From Amphiscolops sp. MND2022 (lineage: Eukaryota): a stretch of 64,000 nucleotides of DNA. Every line of letters starts with the position of its first letter. The stretch's first letter is position 1. Position numbers and translations under genes: made by a program. Under the pieces are notes generated by a model. It saw only the letters and a list, made by a program, of their open reading frames with translations, was not told where the DNA came from and did no database searches. The stretch is from the NCBI GenBank assembly GCA_964187785.1, contig OZ076409.1:98768001-98832000 (forward strand), read 5' to 3'. Shown here piece after piece: positions 23,574 through 36,899 of this stretch.

Positions 23574-25389
23574 AAATATGCAAAGGGACACTATTGTGAA
23601 ATCTTCATCAAGTTTGCAATGCAGAAATAACCAAAGGGATACGCATAAGACTCTAAAACCCCTTTCGCAGCTGGAAATGTAAAAAAAAACTAACATCAAC
23701 AATGTTTTCTTCAGAAAAAGTCTCATAGTTGTACACTTTGGTCAAATGAAAATTTCATTTTAAAAAGTCGCACAGTATCGAAAAAAGCCGTAGGTGGTCT
23801 TTTCTACAATCATTGAGAAAACTCATCAGTTCCACAGGATAAAAAAATAATTGAGGAGGTTACCCTCAAAACTCGGAAAGAAATTTTGCTATGCAGAAAA
23901 CCTCAAAAAACCAAAAATTGAAAAAAAATGTCGGTAAGTCGCATAGTGCCGAAAAATTGGCCCTCTATGCTCGCAAAACGCCTTGTTTCTGCTAAAAATT
24001 TCGGTTCAAGAAAAATCAATTTTAAAAAAAGGTCTCAGAGTTTCGAAAAAAAAAATATTATTGAAATGTCGGCTTTTTTCTAACTGAAGGCAAGTCTGAG
24101 GGAAAATCAAAGTTGCACTGTCTGAACCAATTTGGAACGAACATCAAAACAGAATGACAGACGTGAAATCTTATTCAAAACATGTGAGCGAATTCTCTAA
24201 ATATTTTGACTTGGAAGTCAATTAAAATTTGGACAACGGTTCCATTAGTGATTGATTGATTGATTGTTTGAATTTTCACATAAACCTAAATTAAAACGTC
24301 TAAGTTATCACGGAGAAAGAATTTGTTGGCAGTTTTACAGACAAGAAAATTGAACTAATTGGCAAAGATTGAAGGGTATATGCTCCAAACTTCACAACGG
24401 CGATAATGATTCATGATCAGACAAACTGCAAATGAGCATTTGAAGGAAAATATTTTAGACAGTTTTAACTTCACTAGATATTTATTTTCAACTAGATATC
24501 TCTCGAACTTACAACTTTTCCTTTTAGTTCTTGAGTAAAAAAGTACATTCATTGAGTTTGGAAGATACCAAGGACAAGTAATTAAATTGTAGGAGACAAA
24601 ATTGAAGTGAAAAATCTTATAAAACTGTGTTTTTATTTTTCGTTTGCTCAAGAAAATTTAAAAAAATCTTACTTCCAGTTGGATTTTTTTCTTTCCCAAC
24701 AGTTCCTGACAGAAATTCTAGTTTGTTAATGCCAGCCAGAGACATTTTAACACAAATCTTGACTGTTGAAATTGCAAAAAAAAAACGATATTATGATTTT
24801 CTCCGAAAATGTTTTTGTCGAACAAAGTCGCACGGGACCGAAATTTCCCAGAGGTATGAGCACTTTAAGGTCTAAAAACGGTATAATTTATCAACTGAAT
24901 TTATCAAAAAACCGAAAAAGCTAACCTCTAAAAGCCGAAAAAGCGGAAGAAATAAGAATATGGAGTTCAGGAGCTAAAGACATTTATGTCAAACTATAAT
25001 TCTGGTGGTAAAACCCGCAGCCGCTTATTACGGCTCCTCAAAATAACAGGGGGGCAGTAGCCAGAAAACAGACATTTACATAGACTTGATTAGTTAGAAT
25101 CTATTAGATGACCGGAATTTAATGAACTGAGATGATCTCTAGTTGTACTGGATGGATTTAATCTAGTGTACTCTTATATTTCACCAGCTACGGTCGGTTG
25201 TGCAGGTTTGAACGATGAATGGAATTGCATCGCCATCATTTCCCAAGTTAAGTTTGCTGAGGAGTTTATCATGCTGCTTCCATGCATGCAAAGCTAATTT
25301 TTTACAAACATGGAAAATCCGGGAGTTTACAAAGTTTACAAAGCTATGTTTACAATGCTAGGATTACAATGCAGCTTCCACTATTTCAA

Positions 25390-26010
25390 AAACAAGACGA
25401 GAACGTCTAAAGTCGGCGCTATATCTAAGGCTCAGAAAGCGCAAAACATCATTTTTGAAAAAACTAACATACATTCTGTTGCAAAATATCAAATATCAAA
25501 GAAATTGAAGGGGGGACCCTTTGGAGGAAAAAATTTTTTTTTAAAAGTCTGACTGGCGAAAAACTGAAAGGGGGGACCCTTTGAGGTTTTTCAACATCAT
25601 TCTGTCGCAAAACATGAAAAAATTGAAGCAAAAATTTTTTATTTTCGGGAAAAAATCTCACAATGCCGAAAAAAACTGAAAATGGGGACCCTTTGGGATT
25701 TTTCAACATCCATTCTGTCGCAAAACATCAAAAAATGCAGGGGACCCTTTGGGGGAAAAAAATTCCGAAAAAAATGTCTCGCAGTGCCGAAAAAAATTGA
25801 AAGAGGGGACCCTTTGGTGTTGCCCGGTATGGTATGTTACACGGAAAAACAGGGAAAACCTTTTTGGTCCAGTTCGCTAGGCCAAATGGTGCAATTTGAC
25901 ACCATAATATTTGGTAGAACTTTTAAGAACTATTTTGGTCAGTTCGTGTGGATAGAAAAAAAGAGTCACTATAATAGTCGCGTTTCACTTCATGAAGCGC
26001 CGACAAAAAA
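25390..26010 (-). mobile_element. HINE/DINE-1-like copy inserted into another repeat
   Basis: AACAAGACGAGAACGTCTAAAGTCGGCGCT ... GAAGCGCCGACAAAA. The flanks join to match the uninterrupted repeat at ~33290-33480. Confidence 0.78.
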
Positions 26011-26241
26011 AAACAGATTATTTCCACTTCTTGCCGACTTTCTTTTCCCACTTCATTTTCTTAAAACTTCAACTCAAGGAATTGCCGTTATTCGATATTG
26101 CACGCTGAGTTTGACGCTATTTTGAAATTTATAAGGTGACTGAAGTTGATTTGCATTATAATGGCGGTAATATTGATATCATCAAGTTGCATTTAGAAAT
26201 CGCATTTCCTTTGCATAAGTGACATTTTGATGCATGGAAGC

Positions 26242-26719
26242 CAGGCTTGTTAATTATCTTATCTAGGTATTATCTTCGAGGGAAAATCATTATCGATAGT
26301 TTTTTAATTCAATTGAAAAATGATTTTTGTCACAGAATGTTTGAAAATTATCTGAATCAAAAATCTGCGAAACAAGACGAAAGTCCCATAGAGCGCGATT
26401 AGCTTTCAACAAAGCACTTCTAATCTCGTCGGCATCATGCCAGAGCGACTTGCAGTCAAAATATTGCCAGATGTGAAGAAAAACCTTTCCACGAAATTTG
26501 ATGTTCTGACAAATTGTTCGGGTTCAGTACACTTAACATCCAAAATCTGAATTAACAACTTTTGTAGAAATTTTGGGATGTTTCTGAGAAATTATGTATT
26601 AGCCAATCAGATTATCGGACAAATTGCTTGATAGATAATATTTTGCCGGTCAAGTTAAATTATCTACACCAGTATTATCGAAATTATCTTACGCAGAGAT
26701 TATCGACTTAACAAGCCTG
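26242..26719. mobile_element. hAT-like MITE
   Basis: TIR CAGGCTTGTTAA / TTAACAAGCCTG. Imperfect 8-bp TSD ATGGAAGC / GCGGAAGC. It interrupts the repeat that is continuous at ~33640. Confidence 0.6.
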
Positions 26720-27974
26720 GCGGAAGCTTCCTTGAAAGTTCCATTAACTTATAATAAACTAGCTTGGCATTTTTCAAAAACGTGAAAAAATTCAAGCAGT
26801 TTCAACTAACTTTCCAAGGGTTTCCACACAAATTCTAACTTAGGGGAACTCCAAGGGTTAAACTGAGTGATTTCAATTGACCAAAGACAATGGACGGATT
26901 GATGAAAAATAAGAATAACAGATGAACGGTTAATCTTGGTATTATTACATCTTTGTTTGAGATTCAGTGGATATTAATACCAACAATAACATCCAAAAAA
27001 ACGTGAACAAAATTTTCAAAGTTTAAAAAATATTCGCGGTTTCAGCTCTTTTTGGTCCTTTTTTTACACTATTGAGCACTTTTGCAAAAACGACAGATAT
27101 CTTCATAAATACAATAACCTCAAAAAATATTAGTTTTTCCTCGTTTAATTGTGTGCATGAATTGTGTAATTTAGAGATAAACGCTGACAGGGGGTAGAAT
27201 TTTTCCCCATCGTATGAAACATGGGCAAAAGATGAAAACTATAAAGACGACAGAAAACAGGCCTTCAAAACATCTACGATACAAGCAAGAGAAACGCTTG
27301 GCCAATTCCAAAGTGAAAGAATCCTGGCAAGAGTTTCAAGATTTTTCACACTGGGAGATTTCAGTCATTGTGTAAACTGATTGCTACTCATTTTTCTATC
27401 AAGTCTGGTACACTTCTTTTGAGTGTTTAAGTAAAATAGCTCAATTAAATCTTATCGAATTTCACTGAAATAGTTTTTAGTTGTTTTCGGAATTTTGACA
27501 GGGCTAATTTGTTTTGCTAATCGATAAACCGCTAATTTCAAAATCGCTATTTCGCTGAAAAACCTTTCCTTCAAACTATTAAATGTTTGAATTCAAAAAT
27601 GCATCAAATATAAACGATAACTTGGTTTAATTTTTGCAAGAAATCATTAGATTTTTTCATACTGTGTAGATTTTACTGATGAAGAATTGGTATTTTTCGA
27701 AACTCGTTCTGAAACTCCGTGTATGATCCAAGGAAATTTTGAATTTGGACAATCTATTGGTAGCCGCCGCTAATTTGAATCCCTTATAGAATTGCTCAAA
27801 AAATTCTGCGCGGCCGCTAATTCGCTAAATCGCTTATTAGCGGTGTCAAAACTCTGGTAAAATTGGAATTTAACCATTTTGATATTTTTGGTATTTTATT
27901 ATTACAGGACTTTGCTTTTTATTTCGCAAGAACTGCTTTTTGGGGAAATATGAAGAAGTTGATTGCTCACTCAC

Positions 27975-28129
27975 CTGAGAAAGGAGAATATAGTCAAGGA
28001 ATTGCCGATAAGGCCGATCATGAAACTACCAGTCAGATAAACTCCGGCTATGTAGTGAACAAAGTCTGGCACGGGCGCATAAAACACTTCTCGCCATTTA
28101 TCCTGTTCATTATGGGTCACTATTGGCAC
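27975..28129 (-). CDS. Internal exon of a class A GPCR, most like a rhabdomeric opsin/melanopsin (N-terminal segment + TM1)
   Basis: 155 bp bounded by CTGAC...CACGGCAG| and |GTGAGT. Translates without stops as VPIVTHNEQDKWREVFYAPVPDFVHYIAGVYLTGSFMIGLIGNSLTIFSFL(R/S), with the TM1 GN motif and the VPD..HY signature of r-opsins. Confidence 0.8.
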
Positions 28130-29731
28130 CTGCCGTGATCACAATACAAGTCAGCGGTGCCGAAATGATGTGTTTAAAGCCTTGCTACGTATGAATTTTT
28201 TAGAATCTTGCAAGGAATGGCTGAATCTGCCAGAATCTGACAGGTTTTGTCTGAAATGTAAGACACTTGCAAGATTCATGCAAGTGATGTCTGATATGTT
28301 CAACTTCTGCAAGATTCTTGCAAGAAATGTATGTTCGACTAGGATACTATCAACTTAATACTGATAAAGATCATAAAACTAAGAACAGTTATTTCCGGTA
28401 TTGCTCGAAAAGACCGCCAAAGCTGTTTTTGAACAATGTTATGACCAAAAATTGCATATTTTTGAAAAACGAGTGAAAAAATTCATGAGGCACAGGTTAA
28501 AAATTTTTTTTTTTTCTGAGATATGTTCATCAAATTCTCAGGTTTATTATGTAATCGTAAAAAATCAATAATTGTAAAAAAACTCTCTTGTAGTTGAACG
28601 AATGTTATTCAAAAAAATCAAGCAAATGTTAGAGTCTACAACTAGTACAAACATAATGCTTGAAATACTATACTAATATTATTCAAATAATACTTTCGTC
28701 ATTATAAAAATTTCGTATGACCTTTATCCATACAAAACGTTTGCACAAAAATTTGAAAATTTCGAAATTTTTCAAACTTTGAGTTGTTGTGAGCCAAAGA
28801 AAATAAAATCCACCTTTTTATAAAAAATTATTAATATTGTTTGACAAACCTTGCTGGAATGTATGTTGAAAAATTAGTTTTTTTTCGACACCGCTGACCT
28901 GAGACCATTGCTGAGCGAAAGGTGAAAGGTCAATCGAATTTGACCCATTCTGATATGCTGCAGTGCCGCTACGGTTCATTGGGGAAAGTTGATATGTAAC
29001 CAATTAGGTTCACCTGGGATAAATTTTTTAAGGCAGGTATAACAACCATATACCCCCTACTGAAGCTACCAGCGAGTAATGGAATAAGCACAGAAAACAA
29101 ATCGACATAAACAGTTTTTCTTGCAAAAACAACACTAATGAAAATTATTGAAGTAGTTCAAACGGCTGCTATTAGTTTGCAATTGATTCCGACAAAACTT
29201 AAAAACAACAGGAAGTTATTACGCTGCTGATAATAAACAGGTAATGAAAATTTCCTCGCAAGTTTTGCGAAGTGCCGATACAATTTGCGATTGATTAACC
29301 AATCATAACGGTGATGGTATAAAAACTGGCATTACCATCCTAGTTTAAAGTACCTGACGATTTTAGTACTTGGGGAAAAACAAGAAAAATTCATTAGTAA
29401 AAATCAAAGAAGGTAATACGAAAGAATAAAGTGGCCTAAACAAGAAGCGATTTCCATGTTGTTCAAATGGCTGTGGATTTATTTCATTCCTATTGGACGA
29501 AATTGCTCTTGTTGGGAGGAATAAATTAGCAGTCAGATAAATGCATAAAATTGCTATTGGCTGCTTTTTCCAAGTTCAAACCTCACTATTTTTTGTGTGA
29601 CCTTTTTTTCGAACCAACAAAAAGCGACCTCTTGAAATTCTAAATCACGAATAGATACCATTGCATCTGTATTGAAACAATTGGTGACACTTTTCCATTA
29701 TTCTAGACAGGTTATCCATTATCCGAAATGC

Positions 29732-30204
29732 GGACCATGTGATCTATTTCCCCCCCCCCCCCCAAACTGCGGCGGGGGGAAATAATACAGTAGGTTCAAA
29801 TACTAGTTTTAAACGAATTAATTATGTCGACATAACATTTTAAATAGTCAAATACCATTATGTCGACATCGTTGCGTTGAAATTTTAGTCCAATAAAATA
29901 ATTGATGTCGACATAATCATATCTTTTACATTGATTGACAGTTAAAATCAATCATTATTCTTTGAAATGTGCTTCCAAACGGACATACTTCCATATTTAC
30001 AAAACTACGAACTTTGCATTCAGCATTTAAAAAATTTGGGTCTTTTGCCACGAAAATTAAATTCACGCGTTTGTTAATATTTGTAAGCATATCAACTTGT
30101 TTTATTCGTTCAATAATTAATATACTTGTGAAAAAGCCGTTTTCGTTTTTTTGGGGGGGGGATTCCTAACAAGGTGTACCTGGGGGAAATAGATCACATG
30201 GTCC
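29732..30204. mobile_element. MITE with GG-starting TIRs and 8-bp TSD (Merlin-like)
   Basis: TIR GGACCATGTGATCTATTTCCCCC at both ends; perfect TSD CGAAATGC. Confidence 0.85.
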
Positions 30205-30699
30205 CGAAATGCTAACATGTTTTGTAAGAGGACATGCAAAAATTGAATGTATGTGACTTCTTTCATAGATGCAATGAAAACAATTTCCTACCAGAACGGT
30301 CCGTTTTGAGAAATCATCAAGGTTTGAAAAACATTCTAATCATGAATTGCACACAGCCTGTTATTGATTTGTACCACTGATTTTTCCATATTACTCTTAT
30401 GTTCAGCATGCATGAACCATATGAATGGAAACACATGCTCTCCAAATTTTTCAAAAATTTTTGACACAAAAAGACACACGTTAATACTGTCATATTATTA
30501 ATTATTTATTTATTTACATATTTATTTTTGCCACCCTGAAAATAAAATAATTAATTTTTAGTCAATAATAATATTCGAATAAAATATTGAACACCCATAT
30601 ATGACTCTGTAAATTTGATAAACATTTTCACAATAGTGTCCCTTAGCATAGTTATGACAATTTACTCTGTTTGAACTTTGAACGTTAATTGAAATTATC

Positions 30700-31145
30700 G
30701 ACCATGTCTATCCCCCCCAGGTACACCTTGTTGGGAATTTTCCCCCAACACGAAAGCACATTTTGTTCTTGAATAAAAATATTTCACGAGTAAGAGAATA
30801 TTATAAAAATGTATATACTTAGAGGGTTGCTTCTACAACTGTTTGGACACTTCAGCTAGAAAATTACCAAAATTTTTTGATATTATTGTCCAAAATAGCA
30901 GAAATTCACGTTTTAAACAAGCTAAAATCGTATAAAAGGCCCCAATTTCAGCGCAAATTTTGTCCGCTTTTAAATCAAATGAGCAACTTTTAAATGACAG
31001 TCAATGTAATGGATAGGATTATGTCGACATCAATTATTATATTGGACCAAAATTTCAACGCAAACTATGTCGATATAATAGTATTTGAACCTTCTGTATT
31101 ATTCCCCTCCCGCCGCAGTTTGAGGGGAAATTGAACACATAACCC
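30700..31145. mobile_element. Diverged copy of the GGACCATG MITE family, opposite orientation
   Basis: Shares GGTACACCTTGTTGGGAA, TATGTCGACAT and CCGCCGCAGTTTG blocks with 29732-30204 and 51502-53365. Confidence 0.65.
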
Positions 31146-31299
31146 CATTCCGGATTACTGCTGTTTCGGTTCAGAAACTGTCTAGTCCACCTGATTGTTA
31201 ATGATAAACAAAACTCAAATACATACTTAATTAGATGCCATATTATATGCATTTAGTATCTACATTACAGTCGGTGAACTATAGATATTCTCTTCACAC

Positions 31300-31561
31300 A
31301 TTCGTTTCAACCTAAAATTCGTAGTTAGTGAGAATAGAACATGGCGCAGTCAGCCAATTTTTGAACAAATTGATACCTCCCTAATTTAGAAACATGACAG
31401 AAAAAACACAGTATCGAACGTAGAAGCAAGGGCTTCGGACGGAAACACAATATTCACACTGAGACAGTGGTTAGAACGATTCCGGCAGTTTACTGAACGG
31501 GAACATAAAATAGACATTACACTACTAATAAACGTTTCGAGTTTCCTGAAGAGGGGGGGGA
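31300..31561 (+). mobile_element. Gypsy remnant: LTR end, PBS, gag 5' fragment and PPT-like tract
   Basis: ...GAACA-TGGCGCAGTCAGC (tRNA-Ser-type PBS at 31342). RQWLERFRQFTEREHKIDIT resembles the element 1 Gag REWTERFRHYVKRIHNIDIK. GAAGAGGGGGGGG at ~31548-31560. Confidence 0.65.
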
Positions 31562-33199
31562 TAATCATGTAAACTTACAAAACCTGTAAATGTCCAAAAA
31601 AGAAACAGCTACTCAAGAATGACACGCCAGCGCTAACGACAGGACTTCTGAAAAATCCGAATCAGATTGAATGATCATTGCTGATTTTTTTCATTTGCTT
31701 TTTCTCATAAATCTATGTTTTTAGCAGTTTTTAGATTCCATGCGAGCAAAAGCCTGGAAAGCCAAGTTTGAGACTCCAATTGAATAATTCCTGTGGTGAC
31801 AACCCAAGGCAACCCACCGGTGGCCACCGCACTTCCCATCGCAGCCCCATCGGTGGCCGGAGCGAAGGCCATGACACATTTTGTTACTCATTTTGTACGG
31901 GTTGCTACTTACTGATTACGAAGCGATGAATTGGCAAACTGTTTCATTAAGTATTTGGTAGATTGGGTTGAGAAATGTCAAAGTTGACCGATTTTTCTAG
32001 ACGAGTTGAGAGGTGTGGAAATGTCACAACTTATAATACAACTGGAAAATTATTCTCAATCAAAACCTTTATTTTACCAAATTTCAAGAAAAAAAATGGA
32101 TATTGATTGGGGTGCTTTTGACAAGGGTCCTTTTCTCTGTTCACAGATCATGAAATGTTGGGTATACAAACTGTGTATATGTTTTCTTGGATTTAAGAAA
32201 TATTTAGTTTTTTTCCAAAATGCAATGAATTCATATACCATGCGATTCCATTCGAAAAAAGCATAGTCAGGTACATGAACTATGCATGCAAATGACATTG
32301 ACCTATTTCTCTGATTGAGACGAGAGGCCGAGTAATTACTTCTATGCCTGCGAAGGACCAGCTACCATGTGTTCGGCAAAAAATGAATTACTGGTGACCG
32401 GCAAAAACCGATGAATCATTTTTTGCTAAAACCAAGAACAAAATATGAAAGAACGTGAAAACAGTATTAAACAAAACGTGAAAATGCGTATTAAAAATTA
32501 GTGTGAATCTGAACTGAGCTGTCAAATAGACATTTTGAAGGACGTTTTCAATGATCCCGTGACAAAAGAAGTGTGTTTCAGTTGGCCATGGCTTCATTTT
32601 AGTTCAAAGTAATCGCCAAAACTGTCTGTCATAGCCATCGAAACTGATGTTGTTTTGAATGAATGACAAGGGACAAAATGAAACTCATAATTTTCTTGCA
32701 TCCTTTTGACGCTTTAATAGGTGAAACAAAAAAGCAGAACGTACAAAAATTTTCGATTTCTTAAAGTTTCAAATATTTGTCAACAAAAGTTTCACAACAT
32801 TTGTGAACGATGTTGTCAATCATTCCAGTTGGCAACTTTACTTTGAAGCGAGATAAGTTTCACACATTAAAAGTGAGAACGAAACGACTGGTCTCGACTA
32901 TTTATGATGGTTCGAACCATCCTCAGTTAAAGATTCGATTACGTAACAGGAGCTTCATTCTAAATAAATGACAGAAAAATTGAAAGATTGTCAGTCTCTT
33001 GTTTACAAATAATACGATTTTGAAGACGCAAAAATTTTGTACCTTCCGTTTTTTTGGTTCACCTAGTAAGTCACACACTAGATAGACTACTAAAAGCAAA
33101 AAAGGAAAACATTGCAATTTCGCCAGTTTGATAGCATAAACATTTGTCAACATGACAAATGTTTTCTCTAAGTTTCATTTTGTTGGTTGTCAGTCATTC

Positions 33200-33730
33200 A
33201 GAAACTATTATTATCAATATCACCCTAGTTGAAGCTGCCGGAAAGTTAAACATAGAAAATACTCAGAGCACGCATGGAGAAATTTTATGGGATTACAATG
33301 CAGCTTCCACTATTTCAATTAAAACAGAAAACATTTTCACCTCTTCACCGCCACGATCATTTTGTTTTCCCGCGTAAGTTTCTCAAGTAAGTACCTTATG
33401 TGATCACCGATAGTCAAATAGCACGCTGAATATGACGCTACTTTGAAACTTATAATGTGACTGAAGTTTGTTTGCATTCAAAGCGCGGTAAAATTGATGA
33501 AGGTCTTAGCTGCTTTTAAAATTAGAGCCACTGCTTGATGAAACCTGCAAAACGTCGCGGCTGGCAATTGCCGCCAATTTTAGGATGCATCTTTAAGGCA
33601 GCTTGATAAAAATAAATTGAATCAGTGAAATTTTAATGCATGGAAGTCTCCTTGAGAATTTTATAAAATCATCAAAAATTAGCTTGGTAACCTACAAAAA
33701 CTTGTAAAAAGTTCAAGCAGTTTCAACCAG
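33200..33730. repeat. Unclassified interspersed repeat family B
   Basis: Homologous to 25350-26820 (interrupted), 34300-34820 and 54530-55000 (inverted). Shared block GCACGCTGAATATGACGCTACTTTGAA. Confidence 0.7.
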
Positions 33731-35754
33731 GGCAGACAGATCTTGCAGGTACTTCGTACTAAACCAAGAACTCGCTAAGATTCAGATCAGAATTTTTCTC
33801 GAGTGGATGTGTCTTTTTCATGTACAAACTCACATAAAACTCTTGCCAAGGTCTTGCATTGTCTTACATGTTCCCGTCTCCCGTTGAAAGTCTTGTCTTC
33901 ATAAGATCTTGTTTATTGCAGATCTCTTTAATTTCTCACTGAGCACCAATTCTGTCAAGAGTCTCAAGACAATATTTAATTTGCAAAACGAACATAAAAT
34001 GTTTACAAGCACTTTGCTTTCCTTAGCACTATCAGATTCACTATCAATCTTTGATGTGTTGGTTATAGGACACCGCAGAGGATATCAATTCAAGATGTGA
34101 CAGCTTATTTGGTAGCCTGAACGGCTACGGAAAATTGGTACGCTGATCACCCGCAGTTGGTGACAGTGCTTCTCTCTTAGAACTCTTGGCAAGATCTTGT
34201 AAGATCCCTAGTTGAGACTGCAGGAACTTTTTACATGCTGCAGGCCTGCATGCAGGGTAATTGTTTATAAAACCTAGAAAATTCAGGGTAATTCAGGTGG
34301 TAAATCTTGTAAAATTACACTGCATTTTCCATCACTGCAATTAAATTTGAAAATAGATACAACATCATCACCGACACGACCTTATTGTATTTACAATTTG
34401 CTTTCTCAACTACTCATCTGATGTGATCACCGCGTCTCAAATAGGACGCTAAACATGACGGTATATTGCAGTTTATTAGGTGACTGAGGTGACTATTCAA
34501 ATCGTAGAATATTCAAACCGTCGAAAAAATCAAAGCTATTCAGAGCGTCGAAAGTAATTTTGCATTAAAGTGGCTGTTAAACTGAGAGCAATTTGTTTGC
34601 TTTTAAAATTAGAACTGCTTCTTAATGAAACCTGCAAAACTTCAAGGCGTAAAATTGCCGCCAAAACTTTGATGAATCTTTCAAGCAGCTTGATAAAAGT
34701 CGAATTCAACAGGTAAATATTTTCGCATGAAAGTTTCCATAAGAGTTTTAGAAAATCATGATAAAAGTTGCTGGCAACATTAAAGTACATGCAAAAAGTT
34801 CAAGAAGTTTCAACAAGGGATTGTACAAATTTTTGGCATTCTTGATAACAATCTTACCAAAAATTTTACCGAGCGCATCACAAAATGCAAGATTCGTATC
34901 AAAAATTCCAAGAGGTTTTCAATACAATGGATTCTGAATTGTATTCATGAAGAGAAAAGAGACATTTTGAGCGTTCCAGTTTCCTGAATTTTTTACAACT
35001 TCCGGGTCAGGAAAAACTACATTACACGATAGGTTTCGAAAATAACAAATTGGATCACATGGTTGAAAGTTTTTAAACTTAATTTACATGCCTGGTAATT
35101 GTGAATACTCTGTATTCTCTGTATCGCCTACTCGAGGTGACGTCATAGTCGAATAAAGTCTGCTATGATTAAGAAAGGAATAGACGAGTCTTGATTTTTA
35201 TGCAGATTCAATTATTTCCGCAAAGTTAACGTAATTCTTATGCAGATCATCAAATTTAGTGAAACTATTACCCCAAAATAGTTCCTATCTTTTCCTCCCT
35301 CCCTCGCCAAAGTCAATCAATCAATCTTGAAAAGACACGTCTTTTCTTCGGAGACCCAATGACTTCATATTTTCACCCAAAACTAAGGATTTCGGATATC
35401 TTTACTTAATGCGAGTCGAAGACCCAACTTTCTACTTTTTGAAAAAAACTATAGTTTTACTTTTACAAAAGGTACTTCAATGATTATACAAAGCAGGAAT
35501 AATTTTTGATAAAGTTCAGAAACTTCAGGGACCCTGAATTGAAAATTAGGCAAAAACTTTTCAGCATCTTGTACAAACTTATATAACTTCCCTGCATCTT
35601 AAAAAATCTTGAAAGCATTTCCATGCGTTTTGAAAAAAGAACCTTTATTCTATTGGAGAATTGGAAACAAAGTTCAAGCAGTTGATAAAAACTTTGAAAA
35701 ATCAACACCATGAAATTGTTCAAAAAAAGTCAGTGCAGCCGACGGGTTGTTTTG

Positions 35755-35821
35755 GGACCATGTCATCTATTCCCCCCCTTGTTGGGAATTCCCATGGGGG
35801 GTGGAATAGATGACATGGTCC
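35755..35821. mobile_element. 67-bp miniature of the GGACCATG MITE family
   Basis: GGACCATGTCATCTATTCC ... GGAATAGATGACATGGTCC with almost no interior. Confidence 0.75.
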
Positions 35822-35891
35822 GTTATTTTTGTTTTCCACCAAAAATGTTGCGACTTTTTCATCAGTGCCAGTGAATATGTTGTGGCAAAAC

Positions 35892-36268
35892 GGTGTCCGG
35901 AAATTACGCCCAAACGGAAATTACGCCCAAACGGAAATTACGCCCAAACGGAAATTACGCCCAAACGTAAATTACGCCCAAACGTAAATTACGCCCAAGG
36001 AAATTACGATAATGTAATCAGCTATGCCCACATACCCCTAGTGCCCTAAATGCAGGAGCGAATCGAAGCGGAGCGACGTGCCGTATAGCCATGCCTCAAT
36101 GTTGCTACTTGGCGAAGGGAGCGAAGCGACCGAGCCATACAACAAATATCTAAACCTCTTCAAATAATAACCTGAAAATAATCGCTGCTATTCGCTTTGA
36201 ATAGCTTAATTTCCTTGGGCGTAAGTTCCGTTTGGGCGCAATTTCCTTGTACGTAATTTCCTAGAACC
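35892..36268. mobile_element. Foldback-like MITE with 17-bp subterminal tandem repeats
   Basis: GGAAATTACGCCCAAAC tandem units on the left, inverted copies on the right. Ends GGT...ACC. 8-bp TSD GGCAAAAC. Confidence 0.8.
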
Positions 36269-36899
36269 GGCAAAACTTGTAGGTCACTACATTTAATTTT
36301 AGAATTCACGTTAAAGTTTTCACGCCTTGCACAAACAGTGTGCGTGAAAAACTTTCGGGGAAAGATTTCCGTTTTCCTTGGGAAATTTAATGCTAGGATA
36401 TCAGTTATCACGATCAGCAAGGCAGTATTAGGATAATGAACTACCATTGATTATCACGTTTGAATAACAAGACATCCGATGAAACCGATGCAGAAAATGT
36501 GACTTTGAAAAAATCAGTAGTGAATCGGAAAAATTTGCAGTGAACCTTGATGTTCAATTTGTAAACGAGGAATGTACTTTTTCTCGGCGCGTTCCTTCAA
36601 CCAATCTAAATCAAACGCCGTCTATGCTAACTGAATCATTCTGAAAATCTCTGACAGCTGAATAATTTCAAAAACTTTCTTAAGAGTCTTTGTAACTTCT
36701 TGCTTTAAAGTGTGTCTCCTCAATACAGCTAGTATGACATTGTTTGATTAACCATACAAGCAGCCATTACAGTGATTCTAGAAAAAGCAACATAAGAGAT
36801 AGAGAAGAGAGAAAGTTAATTTCCCCAAATTCGCGGGTTCGATGCCGAATAAGCAGTTCTGCTTTTCTAAGTCGGCACCCTTTTTTCAGATATCATCTC

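Noticed and set aside
25682..26125. Recurrent K/F-rich ORFs (KGGTLWDF..., also 6246-6662, 53951-54193, 56193-56684)
   Set aside because: Chance translations of non-coding HINE repeats; frames are not conserved between copies.
27488..27856. hAT-like MITE with C(A/G)GA.TTTTGACA ends
   Set aside because: The TIRs are degenerate and no TSD was found, so it is not listed as a feature.
29354..29394. Minus-strand MNFSCFSPSTKIV ending at AG|GTACTT as opsin exon 1
   Set aside because: It ends in phase 2, whereas the 28129 acceptor needs phase 0; unsupported without an intervening exon.
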